DNA of 47,129 nucleotides from Armatimonadota bacterium (GCA_043814095.1 JBDRKI010000052.1:1-47129); one strand, 5' to 3'. Positions 1-12,584 are shown, counted from the stretch's first letter. Made by a program: numbers and translations. Notes: generated by a model not told the origin, from the sequence alone.

Positions 1-396
1 TCAATAAAAGGGCATATTCCCGAGAAAGACGGGGTTCTTGCCGTAAGCTTAATGGCAGAGGTGAGGGCTTTTGAGAAGAAGACATTCAAACAGATACTTA
101 AGGGCATAATGAAGAAAACCGGTACCGTATATAATAAGAGAATAGACCTGCATATACCGGAAGACAAAAAGAAAAAAATCCTTAAGGAACTGTCGGAAAA
201 TACGCCTAAAGAGATAGCAGGAATTAAGGTTAAAAGCGTAAATAAAATAGACGGAATCAAGATGGTTCTTGAAGACGGTTCATGGCTGCTTATGCGCCCT
301 TCAGGCACCGAGCCCATAGTAAGAGTGTATATAGAAGCCTCATCCGTTGCCAAATTCAATGTATTATCCGGGGCGGCGGAACGGCTGTTAAGGTAA
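1..396 (+). CDS. Phosphoglucomutase/phosphomannomutase family protein, C-terminal part (5'-truncated by window)
   Basis: Frame open from base 1 (SIKGHIPEKDG...); C-terminal motifs DGIK and RPSGTEP.VRVY.E typical of alpha-D-phosphohexomutases. Confidence 0.92.
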   Translation, partial: SIKGHIPEKDGVLAVSLMAEVRAFEKKTFKQILKGIMKKTGTVYNKRIDLHIPEDKKKKILKELSENTPKEIAGIKVKSVNKIDGIKMVLEDGSWLLMRPSGTEPIVRVYIEASSVAKFNVLSGAAERLLR

Positions 397-417
397 ATAA
401 ATCAAGAGTTTGACGTC

Positions 418-2568
<2,151 letters not shown>

Positions 2569-2587
2569 CATATAAGGAGCAAAGAAA

Positions 2588-5149
2588 ATGACGGATGCAA
2601 TAAAAGCAATACAGAGCCCGATTGAAGATGAAATGAAAGATTCGTATCTTGATTACGCGATGAGCGTAATCGTTTCGCGCGCCCTGCCTGATGCGAGAGA
2701 CGGGTTAAAGCCGGTACACAGAAGAATTCTGTTTTCAATGTATAAGCAGAATCTGATGAGTGACCGTCCTTTCAAAAAGAGCGCGACGATCGTGGGTGAC
2801 GTTATAGGTAAATACCATCCACACGGCGATATGGCTGTTTACGACGCCCTGGTAAGGATGGCGCAGGATTTTAACCTGCGCTATATGCTTGTAAACGGGC
2901 ACGGAAACTTCGGGAGCATTGACGGAGATCCGCCTGCCGCATACAGGTATACTGAAGCCAGGATGCAGAAAATGGCCGAAGAACTGCTGGAAGACATACA
3001 GAAAGAGACAGTCAACTTCCGTCCGAATTTTGACGAATCGCTTGAAGAGCCGGAAGTCCTCCCGAGCCAGATACCCAACCTGCTTATAAACGGGGCGACC
3101 GGTATCGCGGTCGGTATGGCCACAAACATACCTCCGCATAATTTAAGCGAAGTGATAGACGGCACCATAGAATTGATTGATAATCCCGATGTAGAGATAA
3201 AAGACTTAATGAAGCACATTAAAGCGCCGGACTTTCCGACAGGCGCCTCCATAATGGGGCTGGAGGGAGCAAAAAGCGCTTATCACACAGGCCGCGGCTC
3301 GGTAACCATGAGAGCCAAGACCGAGATTGAAGAAAGAAAAGGAAACCGCCAGGCGATAATAATAAGCGAGATACCTTATCAGGTAAATAAAGCGAGATTA
3401 ATTGAGAAAATAGCCGAAGGGGTAAACAATAAAAAAATTACTGGCGTTACCGATATAAGGGATGAGTCTGACAGGCGCGGAATGAGAGTCGTGATAGAGC
3501 TCCAGCACCATGCCAATCCCCAGCTTACAATGAACCAGCTTATTAAGCATTCGGATATGCAGTGTAATTTCGGGATAATACTGCTTGCGCTGGTAGACGG
3601 AGCCCCGAAGGTAATAAATCTTAAAGAAGCCCTCAGTATTTTTGTTAAACACAGAAAAGAAGTTGTTGTAAGAAGAAGCCAGTATGATTTAAAAAAAGCC
3701 AGAGAAAGGGCCCATATACTTGAAGGACTGCGCATAGCCCTTGATAAAATAGATTTAATCATAAAGACGATACGCGCGTCCAAGACCGCCGAAGAAGCAA
3801 AAGCTTCCCTTATAAAAAAATTCAGTCTCAGCGAGATTCAGGCGCAGGCCATTCTGGATATGAGACTCCAACGCCTTACCGGACTGGAAAGGGAAAAGAT
3901 AGAAGAAGAATACAAAGAAATATTAAAGAAGATAGATTATCTGGAAACACTCTTAAAGAGCGAGAAAAAGATTTACGGAGTCATAAAAGACGAACTTCTT
4001 GAAATCAAGAAAAAGTACGGCGATGAAAGAAGAACAAAGATAAAGCCGGCCGAAGACACGGAATTTGAAGTTATAGATCTTATACCGCAGGAAGACGTTG
4101 TAATAACGGTAACCAGTTCCGGCTATATAAAGAGGCAGATGCTTTCAGCTTACCGATCCCAGAAAAGGGGCGGCAGGGGCGTTGTGGGCATGACTGTCAG
4201 GGAAGAAGACCATCTTGAACATATGTTTATAACGACAACGCACCATGATCTCGCGTTCTTTACCAATACCGGAAAAATATACCGCCTTAAAGTTTATGAA
4301 GTGCCTGAAGCGGGCCGTCAGGCAAAAGGCACAAACATTATTAATTTACTGCATCTTTCCCATAACGAGAAGATTTCCGACATATTCCCGGTAAAAGAGT
4401 TTGACACCGAAAATTTCCTGCTTATGGCTACCAAAAAAGGCGTGATTAATAAAACTCCGTTAAGGAACTTCCTTAATATAAGGAAGACGGGAATTTTCGC
4501 GATTAAACTGGATGAAGATGACGAACTCGTGGATGTAAGATTGACCGAAGGCAAAAAAGACATAATTCTTATTACCAAAAACGGTTTATCTATAAGGTTT
4601 AACGAGCGAGCAGTAAGGCCTACTGGAAGAATGACAAGGGGCGTAAAAGGCATAACCCTGAAGAAGAATGACGAAGTTGTTGCAATGATCCAGCTGGACA
4701 GCGAAAAATACGTCTTTGTAGCCACTGACAGGGGTTACGGCAAGAGGACTGATATAAGCCAGTACAGGCCGCAGGGAAGAGGCGGCAAGGGCATAAAAAC
4801 CCTTACCGTTGCCAAGAAAAACGGGCATATTGTTTCAGCGCTGGGCGTTGTTGATGACGACGAGCTTATGCTTATAAGCAGGCAGGGAACCATTATAAGG
4901 ATAAAAGTTAACGAGATTTCCAAGCTTGGCCGCGCAACCCAGGGCGTTATACTGATGAGACTTGATCAGGCCGACGAACTTACGAGCGTGGGGCTTATAC
5001 GCAAAGAAGACGAGAAGGACGATGAAGAAACTCCCTTAATAGAAGAAACCAAAGCGGAAAAAGAAGTAAAGGAAATAAAAAAAGAAAAATCCGCAAAGGA
5101 AAAAACAGAGAAAAAAGATAAAAAAGAAACAAAAAAGAAAAAGAAATAA
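2588..5149 (+). CDS. gyrA: DNA gyrase subunit A
   Basis: RALPDARDGLKPVHRR, YHPHGD, catalytic AAYRYTE, GyrA-box QKRGGRG, C-terminal beta-pinwheel repeats; SD AAGGAG. Confidence 0.97.
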   Translation: MTDAIKAIQSPIEDEMKDSYLDYAMSVIVSRALPDARDGLKPVHRRILFSMYKQNLMSDRPFKKSATIVGDVIGKYHPHGDMAVYDALVRMAQDFNLRYMLVNGHGNFGSIDGDPPAAYRYTEARMQKMAEELLEDIQKETVNFRPNFDESLEEPEVLPSQIPNLLINGATGIAVGMATNIPPHNLSEVIDGTIELIDNPDVEIKDLMKHIKAPDFPTGASIMGLEGAKSAYHTGRGSVTMRAKTEIEERKGNRQAIIISEIPYQVNKARLIEKIAEGVNNKKITGVTDIRDESDRRGMRVVIELQHHANPQLTMNQLIKHSDMQCNFGIILLALVDGAPKVINLKEALSIFVKHRKEVVVRRSQYDLKKARERAHILEGLRIALDKIDLIIKTIRASKTAEEAKASLIKKFSLSEIQAQAILDMRLQRLTGLEREKIEEEYKEILKKIDYLETLLKSEKKIYGVIKDELLEIKKKYGDERRTKIKPAEDTEFEVIDLIPQEDVVITVTSSGYIKRQMLSAYRSQKRGGRGVVGMTVREEDHLEHMFITTTHHDLAFFTNTGKIYRLKVYEVPEAGRQAKGTNIINLLHLSHNEKISDIFPVKEFDTENFLLMATKKGVINKTPLRNFLNIRKTGIFAIKLDEDDELVDVRLTEGKKDIILITKNGLSIRFNERAVRPTGRMTRGVKGITLKKNDEVVAMIQLDSEKYVFVATDRGYGKRTDISQYRPQGRGGKGIKTLTVAKKNGHIVSALGVVDDDELMLISRQGTIIRIKVNEISKLGRATQGVILMRLDQADELTSVGLIRKEDEKDDEETPLIEETKAEKEVKEIKKEKSAKEKTEKKDKKETKKKKK

Positions 5150-5162
5150 TTTATCCCAGGAT

Positions 5163-5206
5163 TAATAATATGCCGCGGCAGATTAACTGACTGCGGCATA
5201 TTATTA
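5163..5206 (+). terminator. Long stem-loop between gyrA and whiA (terminator or processing hairpin)
   Basis: TAATAATATGCCGC...GCGGCATATTATTA, 14-bp perfect arms, ending just before the whiA SD. Confidence 0.55.
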
Positions 5207-5220
5207 TAAGGAGCGGCGCA

Positions 5221-6138
5221 TTGGCGAGAAAAGTATCGTTTACAACAGAAGTAAAAAACGAGATTGTTAAAAATGAACCTTCAAAACGGTGCTGCAGGAA
5301 AGCGCTCTTTGTTTCCTGCGTGTTTTTTAACAGGTTTTCGGGTTCGGATCTTATTTTTTCATCCGGTTCCGCTTCGCAGGTACGGCTTATCTTAAAACTT
5401 GCCAAGGAATTTTCCAAACAGAAGGGCTTGTGGGGCTTTAAGGAAGACACTAAAAGGAAAAAATACAGGTATGTTGTTTTTCTTCCGCATAATTATGTGG
5501 AGAAAGAATTAAAGTCGCTGGCATCGGATAAAGACATACAGGCCGGATTAAACAGTATGGCCAAAAAAAGATGCTGCAGTAAGGCAATTCTATCCGGTCT
5601 TTTTTTAATGAGGGGAGCGGTCTCCTTTCCGGAAAATAGATACCATATGGAGTTTATTATAAGGAAGAAAAGCGCCCTAAAATTTATATTAAATCTGTTT
5701 AAGAAGGAGAAGCTTGATTCAAAATATTATAAGAGCGGAGAATTCATAAGAATTTACTTAAAAAAAGCGGATGATATTGCAACATTTTTAAATATCGTTA
5801 AAGCGCATCCTGCTCTTTTGAAATTTGAAGAAAAAAGAGCAATAAAAGAAACAAAAAACGAGGTACAGAGACTTGTTAACTGCGAGACTGCAAATATTGA
5901 TAAAACCATGGAGTCTTCCTTCAGACAGATAAGATCCATTGAAATTATTAATGAGGCAGTAGGGTTAAGCGCTATACCCAAAGACCTGCAGGAGACCGCC
6001 GTTCTGCGGCTTGAAAACCCCGAATATTCTTTAAGGGAGCTCAGCCGGCTTACAAAGCCCCGTATTACAAGGCTTACGGTAAGCAGGAGGCTCAAAAGAA
6101 TTGAAGAAATAGCAGAAGAAATTAAAACAAGAAAATAA
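5221..6138 (+). CDS. whiA: DNA-binding protein WhiA
   Basis: SFTTEVKNE start, LSGLFL..G....P..RYHMEF, RLVNCETANIDKT, C-terminal HTH LRLENPEYSLREL; TTG start with AAGGAG SD. Confidence 0.92.
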   Translation: MARKVSFTTEVKNEIVKNEPSKRCCRKALFVSCVFFNRFSGSDLIFSSGSASQVRLILKLAKEFSKQKGLWGFKEDTKRKKYRYVVFLPHNYVEKELKSLASDKDIQAGLNSMAKKRCCSKAILSGLFLMRGAVSFPENRYHMEFIIRKKSALKFILNLFKKEKLDSKYYKSGEFIRIYLKKADDIATFLNIVKAHPALLKFEEKRAIKETKNEVQRLVNCETANIDKTMESSFRQIRSIEIINEAVGLSAIPKDLQETAVLRLENPEYSLRELSRLTKPRITRLTVSRRLKRIEEIAEEIKTRK

Positions 6139-6154
6139 TTAACCCGCTGTGTAA

Positions 6155-7177
<1,023 letters not shown>

Positions 7178-7208
7178 ATACACAAACAAAAGAGTGAGTG
7201 AGTAAAAC

Positions 7209-7232
7209 AGGGCAGGCCCTTAAGCCTGCCCT
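7209..7232 (+). other. GC-rich hairpin between gap and pgk
   Basis: AGGGCAGGC-CCTTAA-GCCTGCCCT, perfect 9-bp stem, no long U tract. Confidence 0.6.
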
Positions 7233-7251
7233 TAAAAATGAGGAGGCGGGG

Positions 7252-8445
7252 ATGAATAAGGCTACAGTAAAAGACATAAACCTTTCAGGTAAAAAAGTTA
7301 TTGTAAGGGCGGATTTTAATGTCCCCATGAAAGACGGAGTCATAACAGATGACTTCAGGATTCGCGCTGCGCTTCCCACAATTAAGTATCTTTTAGATAA
7401 AAACTGCGCGGTAATTCTGATGAGCCATCTGGGAAGGCCGAAGGGAAAGTCTGTCCCTGAATTTAAGATGGATGCGGTGGCGGAAGACCTTGAAAAATTG
7501 CTTAATAAGCCGGTTGAAAAATTAGATGACTGCACCGGGCCTGATGTGGAAAAAGCATGTAATGATATGAATCCGGGAGATGTTATCCTGCTTGAGAACC
7601 TCCGTTTTCATCCCGAAGAAGAAAAAAATGATCCGGAATTCGCGAAAAAGCTGGCGTCTTTAGCGGAAGTTTACGTTAATGATGCGTTCGGTACGGCGCA
7701 CAGGGCGCATGCTTCAACAGAAGGCATTACAAAATATCTTCCTTCTGTTGCCGGGTTTTTGCTTGAGAAAGAATTAAATTATCTTTCCAGGGCAACAGAT
7801 AGACCGGCGCATCCCTATGTTGCGATTCTGGGCGGCGCTAAAGTAAGCGATAAGATAGGCGTTATAAAAAACCTATTAACTAAAGTTAACGCCATACTTG
7901 TAGGCGGTGGCATGGCATTCACCTTTTTAAAGGCCAAAGGATATGAGATAGGTAAGTCAATTCTGGATAAAGATATAGATCTTGCCGGAGAACTTATGGA
8001 TATAGCGAAAAGAAAAGATATAGATTTTAAGCTGCCCGTTGATATTGTCGTGTCGGAATCTCCTGACGGCACAAAACCATATAAAACGGTTCCGGCGGAC
8101 CGGATCCAGGAAAACGAGATGGGTGTTGATATAGGTCACAAAACAGTTGAAGAGTTCGCCCATGTCTTAAAACACGCGAAATTAATCGTATGGAACGGTC
8201 CCATGGGGATATTTGAAGTAAGGCCCTTCGCGAAAGGGACAGAAGAGCTCGCAAAAGTCATAGCAAGCATAGACGCGACATCAATTATAGGGGGCGGTGA
8301 TTCTGCCGCCTGCATAAAACAGCTGGGACTTGAGGATAAATTTACCCATATATCAACAGGAGGCGGGGCTTCCCTTGAATTCCTGGAAGGGTTAAAGCTT
8401 CCGGGTGTTGCCGCATTGATGGATAAAACAGCTGTAGTTAATTAA
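7252..8445 (+). CDS. pgk: Phosphoglycerate kinase
   Basis: [49 protein letters not shown]; start ATG 7252 after AGGAGG. Confidence 0.98.
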   Translation: MNKATVKDINLSGKKVIVRADFNVPMKDGVITDDFRIRAALPTIKYLLDKNCAVILMSHLGRPKGKSVPEFKMDAVAEDLEKLLNKPVEKLDDCTGPDVEKACNDMNPGDVILLENLRFHPEEEKNDPEFAKKLASLAEVYVNDAFGTAHRAHASTEGITKYLPSVAGFLLEKELNYLSRATDRPAHPYVAILGGAKVSDKIGVIKNLLTKVNAILVGGGMAFTFLKAKGYEIGKSILDKDIDLAGELMDIAKRKDIDFKLPVDIVVSESPDGTKPYKTVPADRIQENEMGVDIGHKTVEEFAHVLKHAKLIVWNGPMGIFEVRPFAKGTEELAKVIASIDATSIIGGGDSAACIKQLGLEDKFTHISTGGGASLEFLEGLKLPGVAALMDKTAVVN

Positions 8446-8447
8446 AC

Positions 8448-8582
8448 ATACCCGATAGGTATTATTATTTATAAAATCATACCCTAAAGGGTTTTATTTG
8501 ATTGATATTGTCAAATAATATACCTTTTAGGGTATATTATTTTGCACTTCATATTGACATTATACCTTAAAGGGTATATAAT
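8448..8582 (+). promoter_or_regulatory. hipBST promoter with four palindromic operators (ATACC-N5/6-GGTAT)
   Basis: TTGACA 8554-8559, 17 nt, TATAAT 8577-8582; palindromes at 8448-8462, 8479-8494, 8513-8542, 8561-8578. Confidence 0.85.
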
Positions 8583-8608
8583 TAAATTGCAAAAGGGAGA
8601 ATGGTATA

Positions 8609-8809
8609 ATGGATATAGGTAAAAAAATTAAAGAATTAAGAAAAAAAGCAAAGTTAACCCAGATAGAATTATCCGGCAGAGCGGGTGTGGGTCTGCGGTT
8701 TATTAGAGAGCTTGAAAGAGGTAAATCCACGGTGAGGATGGATAAGGTAAATCAGGTTCTTGAATTTTTTGGATATCATATTGAGGTTTCTAGAGATGCA
8801 AAAGAATGA
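8609..8809 (+). CDS. hipB: HipB-like XRE/Cro HTH regulator (y4mF type)
   Basis: IKELRKKAKLTQIELSGRAGVGLRFIRELERGK HTH; first gene of hip module. Confidence 0.85.
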   Translation: MDIGKKIKELRKKAKLTQIELSGRAGVGLRFIRELERGKSTVRMDKVNQVLEFFGYHIEVSRDAKE

Positions 8810-9122
8810 ATTCAGAAGAGCATATGTTAATTTTCATGGCGAGAAAGCAGGCATAATAGAAGAAACGGATGAAGGATACCGCTTTACTTACGATGACGGT
8901 TTTATGAAAAAAAACAAACCGATTTCTGTTTCTTTGCCGTCGGCAGTGGAAGTTTATGAAAGCACGGACCTCTTCCCGTTTTTTCTCGGGCTTCTTCCCG
9001 AGGGCTGGTATCTCGATATAGTTGCTAAAAAATTAAAAATAGACAAAAAAGATCTTTTCGGGCTTCTACTGGCTACATGCGGTGAAACAACCGGTGCTGT
9101 TTCGATAGAGGAGATAAAATAA
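8796..9122 (+). CDS. hipS: HipS-like antitoxin (stand-alone HipA N-terminal domain)
   Basis: YRFTYD...PISVSLP...LFPFFLGLLPEGW...FGLL...GAVSI; ATG 8796 with GAGGT SD, overlapping hipB end. Confidence 0.85.
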   Translation: MQKNEFRRAYVNFHGEKAGIIEETDEGYRFTYDDGFMKKNKPISVSLPSAVEVYESTDLFPFFLGLLPEGWYLDIVAKKLKIDKKDLFGLLLATCGETTGAVSIEEIK

Positions 9123-9123
9123 A

Positions 9124-10035
9124 ATGAATCACTGTATTTTTTGCGGAAGATACACCGAAGAAAAAAACAATTACCACGAACTGTGCCTGAAAAAGATTTT
9201 TGGAGTGAATTATCTGCCCGGAATAGAATTGACTTTGAGTGAAATTTATATAGAAGCTCAGAAAATGGCCGGCAAGCTATCTATATCCGGCGTGCAGCCC
9301 AAGCTTTCTATGAGACTGAACAGGTCCTGTAAAAAACTGGAAATTGCGCCTGAGGGCGGAGAATATATTTTAAAACCGCAGATTGATACATTCCCGAATA
9401 TCCCGCAGAATGAAAATTTATGTATGAATATGGCTTTAAGTTTAAAAATTGATGTTCCGCCTCACGGACTTATCCTGTTAAAAGATAATAGCCCGGCATA
9501 CATAGTAAAGCGGTTTGACAGAATAAAAGGAAAGAAAATTCATCAGGAAGATTTTTCCCAGATTTTGGGAGAAGAAGATAAATATAAAGGGTCTTTAGAG
9601 AAAATCGGAAACAGGCTCTGGAAGATTTCTGAAGTTCCAGGACTTGATGTACAGCTTTTTTTTGAACGGATTTTATTTTTCTTTATAATAGGAAACGGGG
9701 ACGCGCACCTGAAGAATTTTTCAATTCTTTATGATGAAGAAGGGCATATAAGGCTTTCCCCTGCTTATGATATCGTATCATCTAAGATGGTTATACCTGA
9801 TGAAGAAGATCTTGCCCTCTCAATGAACGGGAGGAGAAATAAAATAACGGGTAAGGATTTTGAACAGCTTGCAGAAACATTAAAAATTAACCCTAAGGCA
9901 AGCTGCGAAAGAATCCTGAGTAAAATAAATATTATAAATGACTTTATACGGAAAGATCTTCATTTAACCAATAACGAAAAAGAGAAGTTTTTAAGCATTG
10001 TAAAAGAAAGATACGACAGGGTGTCTGGTATTTAA
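9124..10035 (+). CDS. hipT: HipT/HipA-family Ser/Thr kinase toxin
   Basis: Gly-rich loop SISGVQPK, YILKP, VKRFDR, HQEDF.Q, GNGDAHLKNFS, LSPAYD. Confidence 0.9.
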   Translation: MNHCIFCGRYTEEKNNYHELCLKKIFGVNYLPGIELTLSEIYIEAQKMAGKLSISGVQPKLSMRLNRSCKKLEIAPEGGEYILKPQIDTFPNIPQNENLCMNMALSLKIDVPPHGLILLKDNSPAYIVKRFDRIKGKKIHQEDFSQILGEEDKYKGSLEKIGNRLWKISEVPGLDVQLFFERILFFFIIGNGDAHLKNFSILYDEEGHIRLSPAYDIVSSKMVIPDEEDLALSMNGRRNKITGKDFEQLAETLKINPKASCERILSKINIINDFIRKDLHLTNNEKEKFLSIVKERYDRVSGI

Positions 10036-10179
10036 TTCTTCTTCGCAGTGAAGCTTTACCGCTTCTCTTATATTTTTGTATAAAGACTGCAGGGTTCTGC
10101 CCTGAGTAAAAATGTCTTCACCGATACACCTTGCGCACCAGTTTTTTTTATCATTATAAATTTCAAATTTTAATAACAT
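9991..10179 (-). CDS. HicB-family (UPF0150-like) antitoxin, orphan, possibly C-terminally truncated
   Basis: WCARC...DIFTQGRTLQSLYKNIREAVKLH pattern; strong GAGGTGA SD 7 nt upstream; 3' end overlaps hipT convergently. Confidence 0.7.
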   Translation of the reverse strand: MLLKFEIYNDKKNWCARCIGEDIFTQGRTLQSLYKNIREAVKLHCEEELNTRHPVVSFFYNA

Positions 10180-10271
10180 AATCTCATCACCTCGAGTTTG
10201 AATTTCGTTATATATCTTGAGTTTTCCTTTAATGCTCTCAAAAAATAATAACCCATAATATTAAGATGATT

Positions 10272-11126
10272 TCATTTTTGCATTACGCTTATTTTCCCCC
10301 TCAGGCAGTTTATTTTTATGAATAATTTATTTGCGGAATTGTGAAAATTATCTGTTTCTCCTTTTAAGACAGGGCTTATCCAGAACCGTTTTTTTAATTT
10401 GTCTGAAAGCCCGGGTATATTAGTATTTATCGAGCCTGCAAGCGTGCTTGCATCTGCATTGATTCCCAGATCTTTCTGTTTTTCCAGCAGTATAATTACT
10501 TTTCCGTTTGTAATGTTTAAATCAACATATGCTTCTTTGGCTATTTTTGGAGGGCTTACCGCTATATTTCCGTTCACCGTATTTATATTTAATTCTTCAA
10601 AGGATGAATTAACGATAGAGTTCCCGTTCACTATGTTGGTTTCTATGGATTTTAATTTTACTTCACCCGCGGTAAAACTGCCATTCACAATATTGATGTT
10701 TGCGCGGTATAAGTATTTAGGGGGAAGATAAACAATTACAGATGCCTCTATGTTCTTTTTATCTTTGTTGAAGAATTTAAATATTTTAATGTTGCTCTTG
10801 GGATGTTTTATTCCGCAATAAAGCCTGTTTGATATTTTTGATGTTTTTGTTATGGTATCGGCTGTTTCTTCCGCTTCTTCTCTGTTCTTACCCGTAATTT
10901 TATAGGATACCGTAACCTTGTAATTTTTTTCTTTGTTGGGCAGGATATAGATAAAGCCGTTTGGGGTTGAAACTTCCACCTCTTCAACAAGGCCGTCTTT
11001 CTCTAACGGATAGATAATTGTTTTGCTGAATTTAAATTCTCCGGCGGATACCGAAACAGATACTGTTAAAATGATGCCCGTAAGAATTATAAGTATTTTT
11101 GTTAGTAAGTTTTTCATGTAATACAT
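10272..11126 (-). CDS. Exported DUF4097-like beta-strand repeat protein
   Basis: Signal peptide; repeated (I/T)VNG(S/N) beta-helix units; start may be 11117. Confidence 0.7.
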   Translation of the reverse strand: MYYMKNLLTKILIILTGIILTVSVSVSAGEFKFSKTIIYPLEKDGLVEEVEVSTPNGFIYILPNKEKNYKVTVSYKITGKNREEAEETADTITKTSKISNRLYCGIKHPKSNIKIFKFFNKDKKNIEASVIVYLPPKYLYRANINIVNGSFTAGEVKLKSIETNIVNGNSIVNSSFEELNINTVNGNIAVSPPKIAKEAYVDLNITNGKVIILLEKQKDLGINADASTLAGSINTNIPGLSDKLKKRFWISPVLKGETDNFHNSANKLFIKINCLRGKISVMQK

Positions 11127-11219
11127 ATAATAATTGTATCAGAAATAAGGATTGTGAACAAGGAAAAGAAGAACCTATTGCGGAAATAAAGAAGCTGACT
11201 AATTTTTTGGAGGATATTT

Positions 11220-11972
11220 ATGAGAGCACCGCTAATGGCAGGCAACTGGAAGATGCATAATAATGTAAGGGAAAGCGTTAATCTTGTTGAGGATTTATAT
11301 AAACAGGTAAGCAATGTAAAAGACAGAGAGATACTTGTATGTCCCGTTTTTACTTCTCTTTATCCCGTAAGTAAGGCTCTTGAGAATACAAATATAAAGA
11401 TGGGGGCGCAGGATCTTTTCTGGGAAGAAAAAGGAGCGTTCACCGGAGAAGTCTCTCCGGGGATGATAAAAGATGTTGGATGCGCTTATGTTATTATAGG
11501 GCATTCGGAAAGAAGAGCTTATTTCGGAGAGACTAACGAAACCGTTAATAAGAAAGTAAAAGCCGCTTTTTCCTACGGCTTAAATCCTATAGTATGCGTG
11601 GGGGAAAGTTTAGAGTTAAGGGAAAAAGGCGATACGCAGAAATTTGTTAAAGGTCAGATAAGGGAAGGATTAAAAGAGCTGATAGGCGTTAAGATAGAGA
11701 ATCTTGTTATAGCGTATGAACCGATATGGGCAATAGGAACGGGAAAAACAGATACCCCTGAAGGCGCGAATGATATAATAAAAATGATAAGAGCGGAGCT
11801 TGCGGATATATTTACAGAAGAAGCCGCATCAAAGATAAGAATACTTTACGGCGGCAGTGTAAAACCTGACAACATTGACGCTTTTATGGCCACATCCGAT
11901 ATAGACGGAGCGTTAGTGGGCGGAGCAAGCTTAAATGCTGATTCTTTCGCCAGAATCGTTAAATACCAGTAA
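11220..11972 (+). CDS. tpiA: Triosephosphate isomerase
   Basis: AGNWKM, GHSERR, AYEPIWAIGTG, YGGSV, LVGGASL. Confidence 0.98.
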   Translation: MRAPLMAGNWKMHNNVRESVNLVEDLYKQVSNVKDREILVCPVFTSLYPVSKALENTNIKMGAQDLFWEEKGAFTGEVSPGMIKDVGCAYVIIGHSERRAYFGETNETVNKKVKAAFSYGLNPIVCVGESLELREKGDTQKFVKGQIREGLKELIGVKIENLVIAYEPIWAIGTGKTDTPEGANDIIKMIRAELADIFTEEAASKIRILYGGSVKPDNIDAFMATSDIDGALVGGASLNADSFARIVKYQ

Positions 11973-11989
11973 GAATTAGGATATGAAAA

Positions 11990-12184
11990 ATGGCCGAACT
12001 GGGAAATATTCATCCTGATACATATATAAAATGCGCCCACTGCGGGTATATTTTCTACGATATTTACATAGAAAATGTTGATGATGACGGCATAATGAAC
12101 TGTTATCAATGTAAAGGCAAGGTCCGCCTTCCTCAATCAATGCAGGAAGAGATAAGAAAAATTAAGAAATCGGGTCAAAAGTAA
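11990..12184 (+). CDS. Small zinc-ribbon protein
   Basis: CAHC...CYQC pair in 64 aa, directly after tpiA. Confidence 0.6.
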   Translation: MAELGNIHPDTYIKCAHCGYIFYDIYIENVDDDGIMNCYQCKGKVRLPQSMQEEIRKIKKSGQK

Positions 12185-12337
12185 CGATTTTTCTTGTTTT
12201 TCTTCTTTCTCTTCTTTTTTTATCTTAAGAAGTTTTTTCTCTTTTTTTAAAAAAATACTCCGTTTGACCTATATTCTTCTTTGAATACATATGAGATAAT
12301 TATATTGGGGAAAGACATAAAAAAGGAGATGATTGAA

Positions 12338-12511
12338 ATGTCAGGAGAAATAAATCCGATACAGAATCCCGGTATAAATAATATAAACAATACAAATAAT
12401 AATTTTGATAATATGTTGAATGACAGAATAAAATCCAGAGATCAGAATGTAAATAAAGAATTGTTTGACGCTTTTATGGACGAATTATTTAAAGAAGGGG
12501 ATAAATCTTAA
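12338..12511 (+). CDS. Small Asn-rich hypothetical protein
   Basis: AAGGAG upstream (ATG 12329 or 12338); followed by a terminator. Confidence 0.45.
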   Translation: MSGEINPIQNPGINNINNTNNNFDNMLNDRIKSRDQNVNKELFDAFMDELFKEGDKS

Positions 12512-12554
12512 GAACAGAGCTGCCGCTCACAACTGTTTGAGCTTTTTTTAAAAA

Positions 12555-12584
12555 AACCATCTGTTTTATGCAGGTGGTTCTTTA
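12555..12584 (+). terminator. Rho-independent terminator
   Basis: AACCATCTG-loop-CAGGTGGTT (one G-U) followed by CTTT and preceded by an A run. Confidence 0.55.

Noticed and set aside
5171-5198. TGCCGC/TGCGGCA arms as a distant target of the DUF1016 palindrome
   Set aside because: Spacer much longer than 3 bp; an ordinary post-gyrA hairpin explains it
7198-7251. Extended pgk N-terminus
   Set aside because: Spans the intergenic hairpin; AGGAGG precedes ATG 7252, which matches the family start
8448-8580. Repeats as a mini CRISPR array
   Set aside because: Repeats are short palindromes with irregular AT-rich spacing over a promoter; no cas genes; better explained as operators
12185-12260. Pyrimidine-rich tract that reads as K/E-rich on the minus strand
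   Set aside because: No start codon in the open frame; treated as low-complexity intergenic DNA
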